From contig CANGJM010000009.1 in assembly GCA_947454525.1 (NCBI GenBank), positions 37,342 through 101,341 on the forward strand: a DNA stretch of 64,000 nt. Direction: 5' to 3'. Positions 48,999 through 56,227 of this stretch are shown piece by piece (the stretch's first letter is position 1; each line of letters begins with the position of its first letter). The position numbers and the translations under genes were made by a program. The notes below the pieces were generated by a model. The model saw nothing but the letters and a program-made list of their open reading frames with translations. It was not told where the DNA came from and did no database searches. Source of the stretch: Flavobacteriales bacterium (lineage in GTDB: Bacteria; Bacteroidota; Bacteroidia; Flavobacteriales_D; Crocinitomicaceae).

Positions 48999-49012
48999 GT
49001 TTAAAGTTCATT

Positions 49013-49125
49013 GCCAATTTCAGCCAATTTCAGCCAAAGTTTGGTGTCTAACTGGTTACCCATTTTAAATTTTACAAAAAGGGTAACCAGTGTTGCCGAA
49101 ATTGGCGGGTTTTGTCACTGAAATT
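49013..49125. repeat. Cluster of direct and inverted short repeats upstream of the integrase (candidate arm/att sites)
   Basis: GCCAATTTCA occurs twice in tandem (49013..49032) and in inverted form as GCCGAAATTGGC (49095..49106). A further AATTTCAG-type inverted copy lies at 49118..49125. A 10-bp inverted repeat ctggttaccc/gggtaaccag (49052..49061 and 49081..49090) flanks a 19-nt AT loop. Confidence 0.6.
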
Positions 49126-49203
49126 CAATGCGTTATCTCTTGTTTTTTATCTTTAGGTATTGTAGTTTTGTCATCAAAATGGGGGCGATTTAATATAATC
49201 GCT

Positions 49204-50454
49204 ATGTCGTCAAAAACATCGTATGGGTTGTCATTTTACATCAACCGTGCAAAAGAGAAAAAAAATGGAGAATGTCCAGTGTTGCTTCGCATCAACATAA
49301 ATGGAGAACGCGTTGTCCTGCAAACAAAAAGGTTTCTCAAATCTGAAGATTGGGATCCGAACCGTTACCAGATGAAAGGTAGAAGCACGGAAGCTCGTGT
49401 TTTCAATGAATACCTTGAAGCTGTTAGAATAAAGGCTCACAAAAAATACAATGAGCTTTTATCCTTTAATGATGATGTGTCTCCGCAGATGCTCAGGGAT
49501 GCGATCCTTGGGGTAAACTCTGCTAAAACAAGACAGATCATCGATATTTGGGAAGGACATGTATCCAACCTGAAAAAATTAATTGGTAAGGAAAATTCTT
49601 ATGCCACGTATCAAAAGTACAATACGGCAAAGAATCACTTCCAAACGTTCTTGAAAAAGAACTACAAACAGGCTGATATTTCTATCAAGTCGGTGGATTA
49701 CCAAATGATCCAGCAGTACAGTATTTATCTGAAAACGGAAAAAGGTTGCAGCTTTAATACCGCTACTAAGTTCCTGCAAAACTTAAAAACGATTACAAGT
49801 ATTAGTATTCGAAGTGGATGGCTCGTGAAAGACCCTTTTAATGGCATTAGCTTGACTTTAAAAGAAGTTGATAGACCTTATTTGTCTTTGGAAGAAATTC
49901 AGCGTTTGATAAAGTTTAATTCTCCCTTTGATCGTTTAAACCGAGTTCGTGATTTCTTTATTTTTTCTTGTTACACAGGTTTGGCGTATATAGATGTCAA
50001 AGAATTGAAACGATCTGAAATTGAAGGAAATGACACAACTGGCTATTGGATCAGAACGAGAAGGAAAAAAACCGGTGGACGAGCAAACATTCCTTTATTG
50101 AAGATTCCAATGAGTATCATAAATAATTATTGTTGTTTGGATTTACTTGATGCGAATGATCCTATTTTACCCATATTAAGTAATCAAAAAACAAATGCTT
50201 ATTTAAAGGAATTAGCTGATTTGTGTAAGATTCAAAAACAGCTTTCCTATCACGTTGCCCGACATACTTTCGCCACTACAATTACCATGATGCATGGAGT
50301 ACCGATCGAAACCGTTTCGAAAATGCTTGGGCATAAAAACATCCATACTACACAGCACTATGCGCGCATTGTAGATAAAAAAGTTGGCGATGACATGGAG
50401 TTGTTAGCGTCCAAACTAAATGACATTGGTGCAATAAATTTTGCAGCAACATAA
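49204..50454 (+). CDS. Tyrosine-type site-specific recombinase/integrase (Bacteroidota phage-integrase type)
   Basis: N-terminal arm-binding-like segment (YGLSFYINRAKEKKNGECPVLLRININGERV). C-terminal catalytic region with HVARHTFATT and LGHKNIHTTQHYA (R..HxxR..Y). Start taken at the ATG at 49204, not the GTG at 49090. Confidence 0.85.
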   Translation: MSSKTSYGLSFYINRAKEKKNGECPVLLRININGERVVLQTKRFLKSEDWDPNRYQMKGRSTEARVFNEYLEAVRIKAHKKYNELLSFNDDVSPQMLRDAILGVNSAKTRQIIDIWEGHVSNLKKLIGKENSYATYQKYNTAKNHFQTFLKKNYKQADISIKSVDYQMIQQYSIYLKTEKGCSFNTATKFLQNLKTITSISIRSGWLVKDPFNGISLTLKEVDRPYLSLEEIQRLIKFNSPFDRLNRVRDFFIFSCYTGLAYIDVKELKRSEIEGNDTTGYWIRTRRKKTGGRANIPLLKIPMSIINNYCCLDLLDANDPILPILSNQKTNAYLKELADLCKIQKQLSYHVARHTFATTITMMHGVPIETVSKMLGHKNIHTTQHYARIVDKKVGDDMELLASKLNDIGAINFAAT

Positions 50455-50470
50455 GTAAAAGAAACAGAAT

Positions 50471-50695
50471 ATGAATAATGAATCTTTTAAAGTGCGGGCT
50501 TACGGCTTCGGTGAGCTCGCACAACTTTATTTTCCAACGATCACAAAGAAAAGTGCCAGTGCTCAATTGAGAAGATGGATCAAGTTAAGCAAAACAGTAA
50601 TGTCCGAACTTGATCATTTTGGATATAGACCTGGTATTCGATTATTGACACCAGCTCATGTTAAAGTTATTGTTAATGAGTTTGGTGAGCCTTGA
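50471..50695 (+). CDS. DUF4248-domain protein
   Basis: RAYGFGELAQLYFP...SASAQLRRWIK...GYRPGIRLLTPAHVKVIVNEFGEP fits the DUF4248 pattern seen next to integrases in Bacteroidota mobile elements. Confidence 0.65.
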   Translation: MNNESFKVRAYGFGELAQLYFPTITKKSASAQLRRWIKLSKTVMSELDHFGYRPGIRLLTPAHVKVIVNEFGEP

Positions 50696-50747
50696 TTCAA
50701 TGGATTATAGAATTTATTAATTGACTCATTATCATTAAATTTGCGGC

Positions 50748-51938
50748 GTGAAAACCTATATTTTAATTTTTGTGTCACTTTTTGTGACATTTAATTTGTC
50801 CTTTGCTCAAAAAGCAAACAAGGTCAAACATTCTTTTCCTGGTATAGAAAATTGGGAAAAAGTAATTGAGAAGGCTACCCTTGAAAATAAATACATCATG
50901 GTGGATTTATCTACTGAATGGTGTAGTTGGTGTAAAGTCATGGATAAGCAACATTTCAATGATCCTGAAATTTTATCCTTGATGCAGCCTAAGTTAAACT
51001 CTTACATGTTGGATGCAGAGAAAGATCGTGTTGGTCAGCTTTTGAAATTGAAATTCGGTGTTGCCGCTTACCCTTCTTTTCTATTCTTTACTCCACAAGG
51101 TGAATACCTCGAGACTTGGTGTGGTGCAATGCCAAAAGAATATTGGATTCAATACGTAAAGGACAGCATAGACCAAGTTCCAATGGCACGACCTGGAATT
51201 CCTTCCGGTCTTAAATTTCAATGGCCTGATTTCGTACAAAATGAATTAAAAGCCAATTTTAAAAACAGCACTCCAAGTAGTGAAGAATTAAGCAATTTTT
51301 TCGCGAAATGTGACTACAAAACATTTGTTGACTTTAATGTTTGTCGCTTCTATCCGAGAGATATTCCTGACAGTCTTTTAAATACAATGCTTCTCGATAA
51401 ACAATGGTTAGACAATAACTACGGTGCTGATATTGCAACAGATTTATTACAAACATCCATTATTTGGAAAGCATATGCTCAAATCCAAGATACTAATTGG
51501 ACAAAGTCTTGGTCTTATATGAATCAATATCAAAAGAATTTCCCTCAAAATAAGTGGGAATTGTTTAATGTAAAATTGTTTTACTACACCACAAAGCTTG
51601 AAGTTGATAGTTTAGTCCAGCTAGGACTTCAATATCCAGATTTTGTGTACGACTATACAGCGATTGAGCTAGTTGAGTTTATCTGTAAACATGGCAAAAC
51701 AGAATCCCATTTCAAACAAGCGGAGTTATGGAACCTGGCTGAGCTTAAAAACTCGACGAATTTTACATTGGCAAAATTTCAAGCGCAGTTAAAGTACAAA
51801 CAATCTGATTTTATCGAAGCACAGAAATGGGCTAAAATAGCAATAGAGCTCGCTGAAAAAGAAGGAGTTGAATTGACGAAAGAAGATGAAATTTTAAAAG
51901 CAATTTTCGTTCAGAATAATGCTGTTGGGAATGGTTAA
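50748..51938 (+). CDS. Secreted thioredoxin-fold protein with a C-terminal helical-repeat domain
   Basis: GTG start. Signal peptide MKTYILIFVSLFVTFNLSFAQ. The thioredoxin-like motif MVDLSTEWCSWCKVMD (CxxC) is followed by AAYPSFLFF, then about 230 aa that are helix-rich. Confidence 0.6.
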   Translation: MKTYILIFVSLFVTFNLSFAQKANKVKHSFPGIENWEKVIEKATLENKYIMVDLSTEWCSWCKVMDKQHFNDPEILSLMQPKLNSYMLDAEKDRVGQLLKLKFGVAAYPSFLFFTPQGEYLETWCGAMPKEYWIQYVKDSIDQVPMARPGIPSGLKFQWPDFVQNELKANFKNSTPSSEELSNFFAKCDYKTFVDFNVCRFYPRDIPDSLLNTMLLDKQWLDNNYGADIATDLLQTSIIWKAYAQIQDTNWTKSWSYMNQYQKNFPQNKWELFNVKLFYYTTKLEVDSLVQLGLQYPDFVYDYTAIELVEFICKHGKTESHFKQAELWNLAELKNSTNFTLAKFQAQLKYKQSDFIEAQKWAKIAIELAEKEGVELTKEDEILKAIFVQNNAVGNG

Positions 51939-52049
51939 AATAAACCTTGTATTTAATCCAAATAGTATATTGTTGACACTACTTAATTAAAGAAATTTGA
52001 ATTGTTGACTTTCATTTTTGACGAATACAAAATATTTATTCAGTCGTGT

Positions 52050-52691
52050 TCAAATATTCAATTGATTGAGTTGTTTAAACATGGTTACTTGATTTAATTC
52101 ATTGTAAAGAAAATCACCCACGGATATAAAGGTTTTGTTTTTCACACCTGTTTCAATTTCATATTTCATTTCCATACAAAGTCGATCATAAAATCTCAAG
52201 ATTAAACGGTTTGATGTCAATTCAAAGCGATTTATTTCAATGATGGCAAAGATGTCGAGGAAGTTTTCCTGATTGTATTTGGAGGTCAAATCTAGCTGAA
52301 GCAAGCTGTTCCAATGTGCTACTAAAAAATCAAAGTGATCAAAGATGATTTGCTCATTTTGTCTGAAAAATAATTTGTCGTAAAAGGTAGTTGCTATTTG
52401 GTATGTTTCATCACTGGAATAATGGACTTCAAAATAGCCAGATTTCTTGGGTAACATTCGAAAATCAAAACGAAAACGTTGAATTTCATGTAAACCGTTG
52501 ATCAAAACAATTTCTTTTTGATTGTAATAAACACAAAAATATTCGAAATCAAAAATTTTTAATCTACCTAATCGCTGCCCATACTGATTGAAAGATATTA
52601 GGGTGTCATGCTTGATTATAACCAAAGCAATATAAGTTTCTTGCGGTTGTGGATGATTCGGGAAATCAGTTGAGGAGACGAGGTATTTCAT
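52050..52691 (-). CDS. Hypothetical protein, divergent from the WYL regulator
   Basis: 213-aa ORF, F/Y/I/N-rich, with no recognisable motif. It shares the ACCGCC..ATGAC upstream motif with two other minus-strand island genes. Confidence 0.45.
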   Translation of the reverse strand: MKYLVSSTDFPNHPQPQETYIALVIIKHDTLISFNQYGQRLGRLKIFDFEYFCVYYNQKEIVLINGLHEIQRFRFDFRMLPKKSGYFEVHYSSDETYQIATTFYDKLFFRQNEQIIFDHFDFLVAHWNSLLQLDLTSKYNQENFLDIFAIIEINRFELTSNRLILRFYDRLCMEMKYEIETGVKNKTFISVGDFLYNELNQVTMFKQLNQLNI

Positions 52692-52747
52692 AAGTAATTG
52701 GGTTCTAATATTAGAAATTCATTTAGATTACAAATAAATAATGGCTG

Positions 52748-52766
52748 ACCGCCATGACTTGTCGGT
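52748..52766. promoter_or_regulatory. Imperfect 19-bp palindrome in the divergent WYL/hypothetical promoter region (candidate operator)
   Basis: ACCGCCATGACTTGTCGGT follows the symmetric pattern ACCG-N-CA-N-G-N-C-N-TG-N-CGGT. Its left half matches the 17-mer at 54267 and 55087. Confidence 0.35.
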
Positions 52767-52798
52767 TTGGTTTTTTACTTTCGCATCAAACATAAAAT

Positions 52799-53692
52799 AT
52801 GTCACAAGTAAAATCAATCGAAAGACTAAGTAGCATACTCAATTTCGTACACCAGCATCCGTATTGTCAATTGCAAGATATCATGGATAATTTATCCAAA
52901 AAAGATTTTTTCCCGACTGAACGTACGATGCAGCGCGATCTCAAAACCATTCGAGAGATGTGCTTCATCGATATCAAATATAGCCGACTTCATAATGGAT
53001 ATTTCATCGACCAAGATAGCGAGCATGACTTTAATGAATGGATGCAAATCTTTGAGTTGTTTAACCGTTCAAATGTTATTAGTGAAGTATTGTTAAAGAA
53101 ACCTGGGGCAATCGACTATATTGATTTTGATCAATCTGTCGGTAATTATTATGAACAGATGTTCCCAACAATACTGAATGCCATTATTGAACGAAGAAAA
53201 ATAATGTTTACGTATACTAGATTTTGGGAGGATAAACCAACTCAGATAGAATTAGAACCACAACTCTTAAAAGAGTATCTAAATAGATGGTATGTTGTAG
53301 GTACTAACGAAAATGGCGAATTCCGAAGCTATGGACTCGAACGTATAGCGCATTTTGAGTTACTAGCAACAACCTTTCGACCTAAAGTTAAAAACCCGAA
53401 ACAGTTGTTTTACAATGTGATCGGACTTTATTCAGAAAACGAACTCGAACAAGTTGTTTTAAGCTACCAACCATTTCAAGGAAAGTACATCAAATCACAA
53501 CCATTACACACGAGTCAAAAAATTCTCATCGACAACGAAAATGAATTGCGCATTGAACTCACCGTATGCCCTAACTATGAATTGGAAGAACAAATCCTAA
53601 AACAAGGTGAACGAGTTACCGTCATTCAACCAGAATGGCTTCGGCACCATGTTAAAAAAAGAATTCAGATGTCAGGTTTAAATTATGATTGA
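52799..53692 (+). CDS. WYL-domain transcriptional regulator (wHTH-WYL-C-terminal extension; BrxR/CapW-like architecture)
   Basis: N-terminal HTH-like segment (LSSILNFVHQHPYCQLQDIMDNLS...ERTMQRDLKTI). Central WYL signature LNRWYVVGTNENGEFRSYGLERI. 297 aa. Confidence 0.7.
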   Translation: MSQVKSIERLSSILNFVHQHPYCQLQDIMDNLSKKDFFPTERTMQRDLKTIREMCFIDIKYSRLHNGYFIDQDSEHDFNEWMQIFELFNRSNVISEVLLKKPGAIDYIDFDQSVGNYYEQMFPTILNAIIERRKIMFTYTRFWEDKPTQIELEPQLLKEYLNRWYVVGTNENGEFRSYGLERIAHFELLATTFRPKVKNPKQLFYNVIGLYSENELEQVVLSYQPFQGKYIKSQPLHTSQKILIDNENELRIELTVCPNYELEEQILKQGERVTVIQPEWLRHHVKKRIQMSGLNYD

Positions 53693-53736
53693 AGTTAGCT
53701 ATTGGAAATGACTAAAATACAGTGCATTACACACCT

Positions 53737-53889
53737 CTAATTTTCACTATAAGATTTTAGTGTTTGATTGGAATAGGCCATCACGTCAAAAATCAAAGAA
53801 TATTGTTCTTTTATCCACCGTTTGTAGATCAAATTTCCATTCAAGAAAAGATAAAATTCATTTCCCTTTTTGATTGTGTAGACGGCCAT
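53737..53889 (-). CDS. Small ORF (50 aa) coupled to the upstream repeat protein; not in the ORF track
   Basis: Own translation: MAVYTIKKGNEFYLFLNGNLIYKRWIKEQYSLIFDVMAYSNQTLKSYSEN. Its ATG at 53889 directly follows the TAA of the upstream gene (TAAATG). Confidence 0.35.
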   Translation of the reverse strand: MAVYTIKKGNEFYLFLNGNLIYKRWIKEQYSLIFDVMAYSNQTLKSYSEN

Positions 53890-54192
53890 TTATTTCGCTG
53901 ATTTTTGACTGATTTTCCTGCAATTCTTGTCATAAACCTTTAGCCAACTTCCTTCCATAATAGTAAAATTTTGTCCGGCAGCGCCTCGCACAACAATGTT
54001 TTGGGCAGGCATTTGCGCAATCTTGCGACAATTTTCATCATAAGTTTTAATCCACGAACCTTCTTCAACTACAAAAAAGTCTGAGGCTATGCCAACAATA
54101 GTTACTTTATTACTTGACATTTGGGAAATCTTTCTACTGTTTTGATCATAGACCTTAATCCAGCTTCCTTCTTCTTGAACATTTGCAATCAT
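53890..54192 (-). CDS. Small protein built from about 2.6 copies of a 37-aa repeat
   Basis: EGSWIKVYDQNSRKISQMS / EGSWIKTYDENCRKIAQMP / EGSWLKVYDKNCRKISQKS are separated by V.V.G.A...F segments. 100 aa. Confidence 0.55.
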   Translation of the reverse strand: MIANVQEEGSWIKVYDQNSRKISQMSSNKVTIVGIASDFFVVEEGSWIKTYDENCRKIAQMPAQNIVVRGAAGQNFTIMEGSWLKVYDKNCRKISQKSAK

Positions 54193-54266
54193 TTCTTCTA
54201 TTTTTTAGTTATAAATATTTTCAGGGCTCTTTTATACCCCTTTTGATGATAAAATTAGATGGCGAG

Positions 54267-54335
54267 ACCGCCAAAATATGACGTAATCGACCATATTAAT
54301 GCTCCTATAAAACCAAACTAAGAGGATGTCAGAAA
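54267..54335. promoter_or_regulatory. Conserved upstream element, copy A (upstream of the repeat-protein gene)
   Basis: The 17-mer ACCGCCAAAATATGACG is identical to 55087..55103. AGGATGT follows at the same +56 offset. About 70% identity over 63 nt by my hand alignment. The minus strand reads CGTCATATTTTGGCGGT, which contains a near -7 box. Confidence 0.6.
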
Positions 54336-54348
54336 TTTATAGAAAAAA

Positions 54349-55053
54349 TTATTGAATCTCTATTCTATCCAAAATCGCATTAAAATATTTATCAATTCCA
54401 ACTCTCCATAGATAATTTGGATGATAGGTGCGAAATGCAAATTTTATATTTTCTACCTGTAAAATTGAAAGTTCTCTTTTCGTAAATGATTCAACTTCTT
54501 TCAAAGTTAGATCTCCTAATTTATCGAATAAAACAAAGTCGTAATTTGGTCCTGAAATAAAAAGAACAATATCAGGTTTTAGAATTTCAATTTCTTCTTT
54601 CAAAACATTGAAATATTGCTTTTCAACTTGATAGATGTAATTAGGAGGAAATCCTTTATCACTTGACTTACCAATTTTCACTAGATTATTCCAAACAAAG
54701 CCAACACTCTTGTTAGGATATTTATTTTTTAAAAGGTTGACGAATCGTTTAACACCGTTCCAAAATTGACCTCCATAACTCCAACATTCACCCCTTGTAA
54801 TGAAATGATAATAAGAATCTAAAATTGCAATTGGGTCTTTCTCAAATACATTATGCCAACCATTTGTTTCTTGACCGACAACCATAATTTTAATGTCTGA
54901 TTTTTCGTAATCCTCATTGTCATCAAGTGATATCAATAAAGGACTTGCAGGTTTAATAACCTTAATATCGTCACTAATTAAAGGTTCAATACTTCGATAG
55001 AGTTCTTGCCACTTTGAGTTATATAATTCTTTAAGTTGTTGGTTCATCTCCAT
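54349..55053 (-). CDS. Hypothetical protein with uracil-DNA-glycosylase-superfamily-like motifs
   Basis: IKIMVVGQETNGW (compare UDG motif A GQDPY/GEAPG after a beta strand) and RTYHPNYL near the C-terminus (compare HPSPL), with family-1-like spacing. 234 aa. This is a motif-level resemblance only. Confidence 0.3.
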   Translation of the reverse strand: MEMNQQLKELYNSKWQELYRSIEPLISDDIKVIKPASPLLISLDDNEDYEKSDIKIMVVGQETNGWHNVFEKDPIAILDSYYHFITRGECWSYGGQFWNGVKRFVNLLKNKYPNKSVGFVWNNLVKIGKSSDKGFPPNYIYQVEKQYFNVLKEEIEILKPDIVLFISGPNYDFVLFDKLGDLTLKEVESFTKRELSILQVENIKFAFRTYHPNYLWRVGIDKYFNAILDRIEIQ

Positions 55054-55086
55054 TTTTTTGTTTTAAGTACGAATTTATCATGTTTA

Positions 55087-55155
55087 ACCGCCAAAATATG
55101 ACGCAGTAGTCGATTACAATACTCCCTATTATTCAAATTAAAAGGATGTAACGAA
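55087..55155. promoter_or_regulatory. Conserved upstream element, copy B (upstream of the UDG-like gene)
   Basis: See 54267..54335. The 17-mer starts 34 nt upstream of the ATG at 55053. Confidence 0.6.
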
Positions 55156-55496
55156 GCTTTTATAGCATGTCCTCTAAATTACTAACAATTTCAGTAGGTG
55201 ATTTTTGAAAATTAGGTCGGGTTTGATCTAATTCGAAGCAAAAAAACTCTCAATCACCTGTAAGAAAAGGAATTAATATAGCTTGATATATTTTGACGTT
55301 GATAAAAAAATAGTATTAATACTAATGTTTTTAGGGGTCTATACTGGTAGTATTCTAAAATTTGAATAAGATCCTTTATTTCTAAATTAAACCCTAATAA
55401 ATTTACGTACAACTATTTATAGATTCAAACACCCTCAACCGCCTTTTACACACTTTTTCATTCCCGAAGTTTGTTTCCTAATCGAAGCAAAACTTC

Positions 55497-55727
55497 ATGT
55501 CTCAACATTCGCATACTTCTATTTTCACAACAGCCTCTGGAGTTCTTGGAGGTGTCGCTAAAGCGGTTACCGCAAAACCTATACTTTCTGAGATTACATT
55601 GCCAGGATTGGCAAATGTGGTGATCTATGCTGCGGCTTCAGCTGCGGCTGGGTACTTCGTCAAGCATTTCATGGACAGCGTTGCCAGGCGCTTTAATAAT
55701 TACTTCAATAAAACCGAGAAGAAGTAA
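55497..55727 (+). CDS. Small membrane protein (76 aa), first gene of the + strand operon
   Basis: Gly/Ala-rich hydrophobic helices (ASGVLGGVAKAV; LANVVIYAAASAAAGYFV) and a basic C-terminus. The stop overlaps the next ATG (TAATG). Confidence 0.5.
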   Translation: MSQHSHTSIFTTASGVLGGVAKAVTAKPILSEITLPGLANVVIYAAASAAAGYFVKHFMDSVARRFNNYFNKTEKK

Positions 55728-56227
55728 TGAATAAGGCGGTTGGAATAGCGCTTGGTGCTGGAGTGGTTTATGGCATAGTCAGACTACTCAGAATGCAAAA
55801 TGTCTCTGAGATGGCAAACGCTAGGCTTGTAAATCCACGCATTCATTCGGTTACCCTTGGTGGAATTTCTTTTAGAACAGAAGTTGAGATCAATAATCCT
55901 TCTAGGGATTCTGTGAAATTGACTAAGCCCGTAGTATCGCTTACCAGTAAAGGTAAAATGCTCGCGCAATCCGATGCAGAGGACACCATCATTGCTATCA
56001 AACCATTGGGGCTTACCAAAATCGACACCATTGAATTGGAGCTCGACTGGTTCACCCTGAAAGGACTCGTGACGAATATCGTTAAGAATATTCCAAAAGC
56101 CATTGCAGCTTGGAAAGCAGGTGATAAAAAGAACTTGATGACCATTCTTGGTGTGCCCTTGGAAATGAATTTCACAACCTATGTGAACGGAATATTTTAT
56201 CAATCCCCTTCAGAAAAACTCATCTGA
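55727..56227 (+). CDS. Membrane-anchored LEA_2 (NDR1/HIN1-like) beta-sandwich domain protein
   Basis: N-terminal TM helix (AVGIALGAGVVYGIV), then PRIHSVTLGGISFRTEVEINNPSRDSVKLTKPVVSLTSKGKMLAQ, which fits the LEA type-2 pattern (v.i..i......l.v.NPN.f.l....l.y.l...g..la). Confidence 0.4.
   Translation: MNKAVGIALGAGVVYGIVRLLRMQNVSEMANARLVNPRIHSVTLGGISFRTEVEINNPSRDSVKLTKPVVSLTSKGKMLAQSDAEDTIIAIKPLGLTKIDTIELELDWFTLKGLVTNIVKNIPKAIAAWKAGDKKNLMTILGVPLEMNFTTYVNGIFYQSPSEKLI

Noticed and set aside
55784-56203. Two overlapping minus-strand ORFs (139 and 110 aa).
   Set aside because: They lie entirely antisense to the LEA_2-like gene, in an operon whose genes are all + strand and translationally coupled.
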